From Blepharisma stoltei ATCC 30299 (Eukaryota > Protista > Ciliophora), in NCBI GenBank assembly GCA_965603825.1, contig CBFDEM010000033.1:186001-250000 (forward strand): DNA of 64,000 bases, given 5' to 3'. Positions within the stretch are counted from its first letter, which is position 1, and each line of letters starts with the position of its first letter. The notes beneath the pieces were generated by a model. It worked only from the letters and a program-made list of their open reading frames with translations, was not told where the DNA came from and did no database searches. Below are positions 48,576 to 60,110 of the stretch, one piece after another. The position numbers and the translations under genes are program-made.

Positions 48576-49316
48576 ATGAGCATTCCTCACGATGAACGTA
48601 TTTCAAGACTAGCTGAAAGGCTTACAAGTCTTCAAGGCAAGATGGACAATCACCGCTCCCAAAACATGGAAGGCTTGGACTCAAAGCTCAAAGGCATTGA
48701 AGACCTTTTCAATGATTTCCAAGACCAGTCCTCTAGAAAGTTTAACGTTCTAAAAGACCAATTGACCAAGCTTTATAAAGGAATTGAAGAAGAAAGCGAA
48801 AACAGAGAGTCCCTTGCAGAAGCCAAATCTAGAGAAATCAAAGGAATGGAAACTAGGATCAAAGGAGTTTTAGAAGCTGAATTTAACTCCCGAAGAGAAA
48901 TCGAGCAAAGAATGTATAATCAGATTGAAGAAAAAGCAAATATTATTAGAAATGAGCTGAAAAAAGAAAGCCAGCTACGACAAGAGTCTATCGATACCCT
49001 TCAACAATACTTAGATGTCGACATTCCCAAGATCCACGAAGCACTAAAAGCTGAAAATGAGGACAGAGAACAAATGGAAGGAGCTATAATGAAGCAGTTT
49101 CATGATGACATGGACAAGCTGTACCAAGCTTTTTATCAAGAGAAAAAGCAAAGAGAAGAGAGCGAAGAAAATTTGCAGGAATATTTAAAAGAGGTTGTCC
49201 TTAATTTAAAAGCAGATATAGATAAAGAAAAAATAGAAAGAGAGACAACTGAAGAAACACTTTTAAGCCTACTTGAAGCTACTTGTACAAAGCTCAACGC
49301 AGCTTCTCATCTTTAA
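48576..49316 (+). CDS. SF-assemblin/beta-giardin family striated-fibre protein
   Basis: 246-aa segmented coiled coil with repeated E...RE..E motifs and terminal LLE.TC.KL. Confidence 0.82.
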   Translation: MSIPHDERISRLAERLTSLQGKMDNHRSQNMEGLDSKLKGIEDLFNDFQDQSSRKFNVLKDQLTKLYKGIEEESENRESLAEAKSREIKGMETRIKGVLEAEFNSRREIEQRMYNQIEEKANIIRNELKKESQLRQESIDTLQQYLDVDIPKIHEALKAENEDREQMEGAIMKQFHDDMDKLYQAFYQEKKQREESEENLQEYLKEVVLNLKADIDKEKIERETTEETLLSLLEATCTKLNAASHL

Positions 49317-49341
49317 TTATAAGAAAAATGTGAATTTAAAA

Positions 49342-50604
49342 TTACATTGATAATTTTCTTTCGGTATTTGGCAGAAAATGGGTTTTGAAGTCTTTATATT
49401 CATTATAACTATCGTGCCGTCCAAATGGAGATTTCGGTAAATCTTTGATAATGATTTTTTCAATGCTTTCTGGAGTTTGTTTGTTTGGAATACTGCTAAT
49501 CGAGCTGAGGTCCATTATATTGATATCGTCAAAATTAAGATGAAGGTCTTTTTTTAGTTTCTCAATGCTTTCTTTTGGCTGTTCTTGAGGGACTGGAGTC
49601 TTTAAAATTGGCTTTTTCTTCTGTAGTAGTTTTTCAATTCCACTTAAATCTTGGTTGTAGTTTGTTGACAAAAGTTCAATTGTATTAGATCCATCTGAAT
49701 TTTGGCGGGTCAACATTGGCTCATCCTTATTAATAGTCGAATAAGAAACTGAACTATTTGCTGACAGATTAAATGAGACATTAAAATTTTTTTTGCTTTG
49801 GATGCTTGGCATAGAAGAATTTTTTTCGACCTGTATTCTGATTATTGGAGGACTTTGGTTTGGGGATGGGTCTTTCGATTGAGAAAAATTGCCATTATAA
49901 AGCTTATTGTAAAGCATAAAACCTTTATCTAAGTTGACAGCTTTGGTATCACTTTGAGATCTTATGTGTAGAGTGTTATTTTTCTTTCTTTCTGTAGAAA
50001 ATCCTGGAAGCTGGTTTTGCTGTAAATTTTCTTGGATTCGATCTGTAAAATATCCTTTTTTAGTAAATTTTAGTTTCTGGTTGTCGTCATTCTGTGTTTT
50101 TTCGTCTTTTTCTATAGCCATTGTTCCTATGCTTTCTTTAGTTTTAAAAATATTTGTCAAACTTTGGGTTTTTGTCTTAAGTTTTGTAATATTTTTGCCG
50201 TTTTTCTCAACAATATTGCTACTGGTGTTAATTTTTCCAACTAAATTTATTGAATCTAATACAACATGACGATTATTTGCAAGTGGATATAATTTTTGGC
50301 TATTGATTTTATTGTAATTATGAGGAGGATTCGGAGAAGGCATAAGGACTCGCTTTAGGAATCGTTTTTCTTTTGTCATTTTCTCTATACTATATCTTTC
50401 TGTTTCGCATATTATAGGACTGATTTTTGAGGAGGGAAAATTATTGCTTATTTGTGAAAGAAAAGGCAGAGAATATTTTTTAAGTTTTGGCTTTAGTTCA
50501 ATATTTCGACTGGAGAGGGATTCGATTCATTGAGGAGGCTTTGATTGGAGTTTGTCAATAATAGTCTGGAACTTTTCATCGCATTTCTTAATAGGCACTG
50601 CCAT
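49342..50604 (-). CDS. hypothetical low-complexity protein (420 aa)
   Basis: Frame extends upstream of 50379 via TGA 50527 to ATG 50604. Confidence 0.7.
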
Positions 50605-51251
50605 AATTATGTTTATCAATATCTAATAATAAATTTTTAATTGAAGTGCAATATTTTAATTAAATTTTAAGGAAATATTGATTTAATAATGAAAAGTTGA
50701 TTTTATTAAAACTTAAAAGCCTTTCTAGGTAGCCCAAACATCCGAGAGCTTTTATCATTTTAATTATTAAATTAAATACTTAAAAAATAAAATTATTGAT
50801 GGTTATAGCAATGCTGATCACGTAATCATATTCATTAACATAAATTTTAACCCATAAAATTTAATTTAAGTGATTAACTAATCATCTGTTTATTAAAAGT
50901 TTTACTATTAGAGCATATTATAAAAATACTTTAAATCAATTTTTTATTATTTTCTCTCTGTCTTATCTTCGCCTTTTAAGATATTTAGACAAGCTTTTGA
51001 TAGCTGAAGAATTTAGCCAACTCAGCAAAATTGTATACTGATCGTCAATTAGAATTTATTTTCACATTTTACGTTGAAATTTCATGCATGCAAGCAAATA
51101 TGTAAAATGCGGCTGGTGAATAAATTCTGCGTCATCTTACATTTAACTTTCTATCTGATAATATTTTGAGCTCCATAATCAATATTTTATAATTCAATTT
51201 AATAGCAATTATAAGCCAATCTTTCGCAGCATTAATTTGATCTCTTATAAA

Positions 51252-52154
51252 ATGAATCCACAGCAAGGTTTTAAGTACATCATCCCAAGAGTAAATTATG
51301 CTCCAATGAACTGCGGCTTGCTAATGTCCTTCATTCCAGTCTACGCCCATCCTTTTTCAGCACCAGTACTCACACATCCACAGCCTCTCCAACCACAAAA
51401 TCAAATTCTGACTGAATCCAAGCCTAAGTACAAGCGAACCTGAAAGCGTGAACAAATAGAAAAATTATATGTCATGGCTCAAGAGTATTGTGAAAAAAAT
51501 GATAAGAAACTTGAAGACTTAACCCATCTTGACTTCTTAGAAATCGCTAAATTTACAGATAAAACCCCTGAACAATGCCAAGCTAAAATTTATGAAATCA
51601 TGACAAGTGGAACACTGAGGTCAGGGATATGGTCAGACGCTGAGGATGAACTTTTAAAGCAACTGCTTCTTACGAAGACAGTAAAATGGGGGTTGGTAGC
51701 TAATGAATTAAACACAAAAATACACAAAAATATAAAAATAAGGACTGGCAAGCAGTGCAAAGAAAGATGGAATAATCATCTGAATCCGAATATTAATAGA
51801 GGGGACTGAAGCCAAAGTGAAGATTTAAAGCTTCTGGAGCTCCATAAGGAGCATGGAAACCACTGGAGCTTGATTGCTAAAGGGATAGTAACAAGAACAG
51901 AAAGCGCTATTAAAAATAGAATCAAGTCTCTTAAGAACAAAGAAATGCAAGACTTAAGTGCCTTGAGCAACCCAAGTTCTTTAATTGACCGCTTGATCGT
52001 CAAAAAGAAAATGGATATCCCAGTTCAATGTAGCATTGAGGAGCCAGTCAGTCCCCAAAGTGGGATTAAATTAAGAAAAGCAAGCGGGGACAGGCTAAGT
52101 TTTTCAGGTTTTTCATTGGAGTTGGCAAGCACGCAAGATAATAATTTGGGATAG
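51252..52154 (+). CDS. Myb-family transcription factor, paralogue of 4202..5011 (300 aa)
   Basis: Colinear with the other Myb. TGA 51441 (YKRT-W) and TGA 51807 (RGD-W-S) align with TGG codons in the paralogue. Confidence 0.93.
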
Positions 52155-52466
52155 ATAAATCATACAAATTTAAATTTATCAATAAAGTTCCGACCTAAAA
52201 AATTGAATTAAATAATGAAAGCCTTATTGATATTTATCAATAATATTGGATTATTTGAAATTATTAGTGAAAAATAAAGAAAATATGTGTTATTTAAAAT
52301 TTATTAAAGCATAAAAGGCATTAATTCCAGAATTATCAAGAGAGAAGCAAGTCTTTTTAACTAATTAAATAAATTAAATTTATACTAAGATTTCTGAAGA
52401 TTTATAAGTATTTTTTCAAAAATAGTCAATGACAATTATAAATTATTATAGATTTCTTAAACTATC

Positions 52467-54083
52467 ATGGCTGATTTAGAAGTGAGCAAAGAAAGCATCG
52501 AGTTTACAGGAGAAACTCTTTACAAGATAGATTTTCAAGTTGAAATTTGCCTTGGGAGATTCAGAGATATGCCTGAAAAGCGAATTGTAATTAAAAAAAT
52601 ATATCCTTGCAATCGAGATGAGCGTAAATTACTCAGAGAAGTAGCTGCAATGTATCGATTAGATCATCCGTCAATACCTAAATTTTATGGCTACTACTGA
52701 GACAGCAAGAGTGGATATCGTATCCTTTGCATACTATTAGAATATTTTCAACGTGGCGATCTTGAAAACGAAATCATAAAAAGAAAAGAGACTGGAAACC
52801 CCTGATCAGAAGCTGAGCTATTATCCAATTTTGGATACCTTTTAAATGCATTTGCATATCTCGAAAATTCTCACTATGCACATAGAGATATAAAGCCTAA
52901 AAACATTTTTGTAGCAGATGATGGATCTATGAAAGTTGGAGACTTTGGATGCTCTATACAAAGTCTTCAACATCAATTCATGGCTGAAGCAACGATTTCT
53001 GGATCTCCTATATATTTGAGTCCAATTCTTAGAGAAGCATGAATCTCTTATCATCAGGGCCAAAACTTAAGTGGGAAAATTGCTCATAATGTTTATAAAT
53101 CTGATGTTTACTCTCTTGGGCTGACATTTCTTTATATGGTAAGTTTTAAAGAGCCAATGGATTTAGCAACCCTTCAACACCTCGAGTTAAAGCTAAAATC
53201 TAGATTGAAACAAGTAAAATATAAAAGTATCAGATGATTATTAAGGAGAATGCTAAAATTGAAGGAAAAAGAGAGACCAAATTTTATTGATTTATACAAT
53301 TTTTATAAACAAAATATAGAACCCTCACAGCATAATCTGAATATATATGCCCAAAGCTTAGCCCACATGGTAAATACAAAGTCATACTCAAGTGACGAAT
53401 TTAATGCTTCAATTCTTGCGAACTCTAAAATCAGATTCAAAGTAAAAGTCTCTAATGAAAAATTTTTAGGTTACTTATCTTCAAAGTGCGGCAGTGGTAC
53501 TGTTAGCTCTGTAGAGCTTAATATACTTTCTTTAATGCTTGAAAATCAGTCTATATCATTAAATTTGAATGTGTACTGCAAGGTATGCTGCCATGAAATA
53601 CATGCATATCAAAGTAAAATTAGAAGCAAGTGCCTTTGTGAATTTTGAATTCACGAGGATTGCGCTATACAAAGATTGGCTATATATGGCTCATTTATAT
53701 GTGATACTTGCAATTATTGTGTTGTTCAACCAGATATCGCTCAGCCAAAGCCAGAAATTTATTGTCCTAATATAAAATGTTTTGGGAGAGTAAGGATTCC
53801 AAAGAATGGAAACAGTTTCAGATGTAGAGAATGCTCAACAGATTACTGCAATATATGCAAGGTAAGCATGCCTGAGCATGAGAATTATTATTGCACACAA
53901 GTATCTTTAAACGAAAAATTCGTAAAATGTGGAAACTGTGGAAGTACTTCAACAAGAAAAAGGGGAAGTTTTTATTATAATTGCATAAAGTGTGGATATT
54001 TGTGCATAGTTTGTCTTAAAGGGGTATTTGTCAGCCATCAAAATTGCTGTACTGAATTTATAAGTAACCGAGTTTTATATTAA
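52467..54083 (+). CDS. Ser/Thr kinase fused to RING-like/IBR/RING2-like Cys-rich module (538 aa)
   Basis: One frame with TGAs at 52698, 52803, 53040, 53235, 53646. HRDIKPKN, GDFG, KSDVYSLG, RPNF, then three Zn-ligand clusters. Confidence 0.85.
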
Positions 54084-54490
54084 TTGCTATAAACTATAAT
54101 AATTTATTTTTATATGAATTTTATGATTTTATTATTTTTAAGTTAAATGAAATGTGATAAAGTTATGAATTAATAGTGCTTATCTGTATATATAGTTTTT
54201 AGAGCCTTTGCCGATTATTTAGAGATTCACTCAAAAGAAGATTTTGAGTACAGTAAGAAAATTGAAAATCTACTTAGATCTTTATGTCTACAATAGTGTT
54301 GATATAAGTCAATCTGGATAAGTATCAAGGTTATATTTTTTTATTTACTAATCGCTGCCCTCCATTTTTATTTATTCTGGCCACCATTAGTCATAGGGTA
54401 TCCCGATTATACAGCTGCTCCAATTTAACTTTAACCTAAAATAGAGTTATAGATAAGTCAGATTTATTTAGAGAAAGTTATTACCATAGC

Positions 54491-54862
54491 TTAGGTTCTA
54501 TCTCTGATGCAGGCCTTGAGATCATCAGTAGGTTCCCATTGACACTTTCCATCAATCAAGGCACAGCTTCCATACTCTGCATAGCACCCATACTCTGATT
54601 TCCACTCACATGTGGTAACTCCGTCTTCATAAATGCTGATACATAGCTGACCTGAGCATCCTCCAACGACACAAATTTCTTCGGGCTCTTTCAGAACGCA
54701 TTTATTGTCTTCACACTCAAGGGTGCCGCATGGATATGTGAAACAATCAAGAATTGGACAATCTAAATCAGACAAACACTCACTTCTTTCACTATTAGAA
54801 GGTGGGACAGTGTAAGCTTGCATGCATGACACAATAAACAAAAGGAGAAACAATTTTTTCAT
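54491..54862 (-). CDS. small secreted Cys-rich protein with eight-cysteine-cluster-type domain (123 aa)
   Basis: Signal peptide MKKLFLLLFIV; CVVGGCSGQLC......VTTCEWKSEYGCY....C....GKCQW......AC. Confidence 0.82.
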   Translation of the reverse strand: MKKLFLLLFIVSCMQAYTVPPSNSERSECLSDLDCPILDCFTYPCGTLECEDNKCVLKEPEEICVVGGCSGQLCISIYEDGVTTCEWKSEYGCYAEYGSCALIDGKCQWEPTDDLKACIRDRT

Positions 54863-55852
54863 TATAATATTTATGTGTCCCAGCATTTCAGTATTTTTCA
54901 AAGCTGTTACATTTTTTAAAACCAATATGGAGAAAATCTTTTATGAAATGCATTCAATTGTATATTGAATTGGTATTCGAAAATCATGGTATTATTGGCG
55001 CTTTGATTTTAATCATATCGTGACAATCAAAGCAAACATGTGGGAAAAGAATTTTAAAAAAATCTAATCTAAATGACAATAATTAATTTTTAGATTTAAA
55101 AATAAGGTATAAAGCTGCGATTATCTCTTATTTAGTCTGATTTGATCACTAGGATGCTTTAAACTTTGAATTGCTTTTTTTTTACCTTACCATAAAAAAA
55201 TTAATCACATTTATACAATATTTTAAGCTAAAAGGGCAGGCTGCCACAATTCATAATCATTATAAAATAAACGTGTTGATTTCAATTAGAGTTTTTAATA
55301 CAGCTTAAGTAATCAAGTCTCCACTCTCAGCTGGCAAATTGAAAATATACCAAACTGTGTCAAAGCTATTCCAAAAGCAAGAAGCTATTAGCTTTTACGA
55401 AAGATACTTAAAATTTTGAATCATCAACTCCTAAAACTGTCTGCTCTAAATTGATTATGAAAAAAATTATCACATATGCTATTTGCTAACTATAATAGCT
55501 ACTAAATGGCCAATAGAAAGCATCAAATTCAGTAATATTTACATAAGACGTTTTAATTTCTTCACTATCAGAATTCCTCAATGCTGTTTTTCTTCAAGCT
55601 AAGGTATGATGATGCAAATATCATCACTTAGAAATTGAGATAAAAAATATTTTCATTGGAGAAGCTAAAAACTTTAGCATTGATTGCCTGAGCATTGCTT
55701 TTTTAGAATTTAAGAAAGCACAGTTGTAAGTCTATCAACATGACTCTCTAATATAGAGATAGCATTTTAGTGATAAAGATAATAAAATTTTTCAAACCAT
55801 TATCTTATTTTGCACAATTAATTTTTTGAGCTGATGTGTACATAATTAAAAT

Positions 55853-56518
55853 ATGTCGAAGCTCATTTGGATATTGCTTCTGGTTCTTTTATTAGCTCTT
55901 GATCCTTCTTCTGAAGAAACCCTTAACTCAGGTCATAACAATAAAGCTCTTCCTGACTCAAACAAGCCATCTATCGATTTTTTCCTTATTGATTGAATGG
56001 TAAGATTCGCTCTCTTTACCGAAAACTGAATTCTATGACTTATAGAATGTATCAGAAGCCACGAGCCATATAACATAGTATCATTTTACATCATATTTCT
56101 ATGGATTTTCTGGAAACTCTTCCGCACTCCGAAATCAGTGTCATATATAACTCACTCAAGCAAAGTCATAGACAAAAAAACACAAGAAGCTGTAATAAAA
56201 TTCCTGGACGACTGAAATAAAGCTATAGAAAAAGAATTGTCAGCTATCAAGGCTTCTATCAAGCCAAATAATTTATCTTCATTGAATATAGAAAGCTCGA
56301 TTAATTTGGTACCCGAAATCAACAAAGTTTTGCAAGAGCTAAAAGAAATAGAAAATACACATAAAGAATTTGAAGAAGAAATAAATGCTTCTCATAAAGA
56401 AATGCTAGAAGAAATCCATTATTTGACATTAGAGACCTTAAAACCTCCAGAACCAGAGTCAGCCAGTCTTGATTCTTATTGGCCTGAAGACGAAGAACCT
56501 GAAGATAGAGAAATATAA
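55853..56518 (+). CDS. signal peptide/TM plus coiled-coil hypothetical protein (221 aa)
   Basis: ATG 55853. TGAs 55994, 56027, 56036, 56213 lead into the 56237 ORF. Confidence 0.75.
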
Positions 56519-56555
56519 TAAAATTTAATAGAATAATAGATAAAAATGAATAATT

Positions 56556-57680
56556 ATGGAAGGAGAAGACGTACACGGGCTTGTAATAGATAATGGCTCT
56601 GGAATTTGTAAAGCAGGATTTGCTGGAGATGATATGCCAAGATCGATTTTTCCTTCAGTTGTAGGGAGAACAAGGATGCCTGGGATGCAGATTGGGATTG
56701 ATCAAAAGGATTCTTATGCAGGTGAAGAAGCAAGGCAAAAATGCGACATTTTAAGCTTGAAATCGCCGATAAAAAGAGGAATCATTACAGATTGGGATGA
56801 CATGGAAAAGATTTGGCATCATACATTTTATAACGAACTTAGGGTTGCGCCTGATCTCCATCCTTTATTGATGACTGAGATTGCGCTAAATCCTCAAAAT
56901 GTGAGAGAAAAAATAACACAAATAATTTTTGAGGTTTTTAGCATTCCTGCATTTTATTTAGCGTCTCAGCCTGCATTATCGTTATATTCAAGTGGGAAAA
57001 TAACTGGCTTGGTCGTGGATTCTGGAGATAGTATAACAAGTGCAGTTCCAATATATGAAGGATACGTTTTGCCATATGCAATTAAAACTGTAAATTTCGG
57101 AGGTAAAGATTTGACTGAGTTTTTTATAAACTTGCTTAGAAAAAAAGGCTATAACCTGAACACTTCAGCAGAAAAAGAATTTGCAAGAGATATCAAAGAG
57201 AGAATCTGCTATGCTTCTGCAAATTATAGTGAAGAACTGAAAGTATTTGAATCGACCCCAGGAATTAGCTATAAAATGCCAGATGGGTCTTCTCTTTCAA
57301 TAAGCAGCGAACGTATAACTTGTCCAGAATCAGTATTCAACCCATCTTTGATGAATATAGATAAAAACGGAATCCATTTAATTGCACATAAAGCAATTCT
57401 AAAAAGCGATGAAGAGATCAGAGATGAAATGTATCAAAATATTATGATATGTGGGGGGAATACACTTTTTAGTGGACTTCCAAATAGATTTACTCAAGAA
57501 ATTTCAAATCTTTTAGGAAATCCTGAGAAAATTAAGGTTTTTGCTCCTCCGGAAAGATTAACATCTGCATGAATTGGAGGATCTATATTGGCCTCATTGT
57601 CTACATTTAATTTGATGTGGATTACAAAATCTGAATATGAAGAGTCAGGGTCCCAAATTATTCATAAAAAATGTTATTAA
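56556..57680 (+). CDS. divergent actin / actin-related protein (374 aa)
   Basis: [48 protein letters not shown](TGA 57570)-IGGSILASL, ends IIHKKCY*. Confidence 0.95.
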
Positions 57681-57925
57681 AGATAAATTACGCCTCTATA
57701 TATGAATAAATATCAGTTTGTATCTGTGTAAAGGAAAACCCCATGTAATTAAATAGTAAAATGCAATGAATCTATATATATTTTATTATAATAATAAAAC
57801 CCCTAATGATTATTGATTTTTTTGTCTTTTCCTAAATGCAAAAAATTATCATAAGTCTCTAAAATTTCATACCAATTAGATTTTTTCAAATTAAAATTAT
57901 TTATTGGATTATGATTTACATATGA

Positions 57926-59842
57926 CTAAAGCGAACTAGTAAGGCTTTGTGACCTTAGCAAATTGAAATACGAGCTTACCTGCGCTAAGCATGCCTTTGC
58001 ATCAGTTGTGTCTTTGAAGGTATAACTAAAACAAAATTCTTCTGAGTTCTTAAAATAAAACGTCAAAGTACTTGAAGAATTTCTTTTTGATGTGATTTTA
58101 ACAAGGTCTCGAATTTTTGCTTGCTCCACTAAATCACTGACAGGTGTATCTGATGAATTTTGTGAAGAGTCATCAAATAGAGTAGATATGATCACTCGCG
58201 TTCTAGTGACAATCATTACACACTCCTCCAAATGCATTTTATTAGTAGATCGATCGAATTTTCTGCACATAAAAAAAGAGACTCTTGGATCTTGTTTTCA
58301 TTCATCTAATTCTCTTTTGTATATGAAGTTTGACGGCAAAATATTTTGTTTTGTAGGCTCTTCTTTAGTTGACTCTGAGATTGTTGTGCTGTCAAATGTT
58401 TTTGGAGCTAATGACCTAAATGCGCTTCCAGCAGCTGAAAGGGCTGTTTTTACTTTTCCTATAAAACTTCTCCTGAGACTATTTATTCTTCGTTTGAGGA
58501 CTTTAGATACTTTTGGACCATCAGGATTGCACCCTAAACAATAATCTGGATTGTGCCGATCAAGCTCAAGATTAAGCTTAGAAATCAATTGATGGCATCC
58601 TAAAAATCCTCCTTCGACTACACTTACAAATGGAAAAGATTTCTTTAAAAACGCCAGATACAGATTTTCTATCATATTTTGAACGACATCAATATCACTT
58701 GAGTCATCGCCTCTTAGATCAAAATCAGTATGCTTAAATTCTTTACTTCCTAATAGTGTAATGTGAAAAACTTGCTTTAAATCCTCATACTGATCAGGGA
58801 CAGCTAATAATGTTTTTACATCATTATAAGCTTTAGGGTCCAAAATTAGGGTATTTGGCAGAAGCCCATTTTCTCTTTCTACCTCTGTTCTGCAGTCCAG
58901 AATAATAAGAGGGACTTGATTTCGAGAATTTTGGCACCACTTGCAGGTGCCTCCAGAGCAGGCACAAAGTGACGATAATGGATAGCATCTTTGAATTATT
59001 TCTCGAGGGAGAATAGTCAAGCAAAATTGTTTTTCAATCTTAATTAATTGATTTTCAATGTCTTTAGGGTTATTGTAGTCAGATCTATATAAACTTATAT
59101 ACAAGGAGTAAGGCAGATTTCGCTTAAGCTCATTTGCTCTTGCCAAAATTTCAGATAACTCAGCTTGTGTATGGATAGTAATCTCTGACAAGATTTGAGC
59201 TAAGTCAGACAAATCTGTTTGAAGGATAAGATTTCGGTGTTTTACAATAATGGCGATCGCAATAAAGAGTATGTAAAGTTTATCATTTTCTGTCATATAG
59301 CTTTCCCATAAAGAATATTGGACCTCAATATCACTGATTTTGCTTGCGAGGAGAGTTAAGAATCAAGGAGTTGCATATAGTTCTGGCCCTATCTTGTAAT
59401 AATTAAGAAAAGAGCTGAGCTCAGGGTCGTAATATCTTAACAGTAGCCTATATAAGATAAATTGAGTTTCCAAAGCCTTGAATTCTTTATCTACAAACAT
59501 CAATGGCAAGTAGTTTTTGATGAAATTACTGAAATACAAAAAAACTTTGCATAAACTCAACCCATCCCTAAAAAACAATAAGAATGGGGCCAAGACTTCG
59601 TTTAGACCTTGCTTATAAGTTATATGCTCTCTTTTGCAGTAAAAAGTTAATAGGAGCTCTATTAAAAATTTTTCCTTTTTAGTCATCAATTTTATCCTTG
59701 TTCTCTCTGAATCTGAACGAATAACTCGCTGGTTTATCTGGTCAAATGAACAAGTAATTGAAAACTCTTCAGGTTCTTCTGGAAGTAAAAAGAGCTGCTT
59801 TTATTTTACCTTCCAAACATAAAGTCTGCTTTCCTTTTCCAT
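57926..59842 (-). CDS. TBC1D23-like protein (TBC + rhodanese + C-terminal PH-like domain, 633 aa), one intron
   Basis: RLYVWK|LFL, IRSDSERTR, YKQGLNEVLAPF, LRYYDPEL, YATP-W-FLTL, ILDCR, VEGGF...H, LVKITSK. TGAs at 59363 and 58298. Confidence 0.85.
59795..59809 (-). other. 15-nt intron GTAAAATAAAAGCAG
   Basis: Removes an in-frame TAA and joins ATG 59842. Confidence 0.83.
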
Positions 59843-60110
59843 TTAATTTGAGTTTCTTAAATTTAGATTATTATTGAGAGCAATAAATTGAAATTTTATT
59901 TTGTGAAAAATAGATATCGAGAAAATAATGAAATAAATAAAGCAAAAATAAATCTTATATATAAATTTTAATTATTAATAATAATTTTTACGAAAATAAA
60001 TATCTGATTTGATGTTCTTTGTTTCTTATTTCATAAAGCAATTAAAAAGGCATGAAAACGCGCAAAAAATGATTTTATACTGAGTAAAACTGATTTCATG
60101 AGTTATTAAA

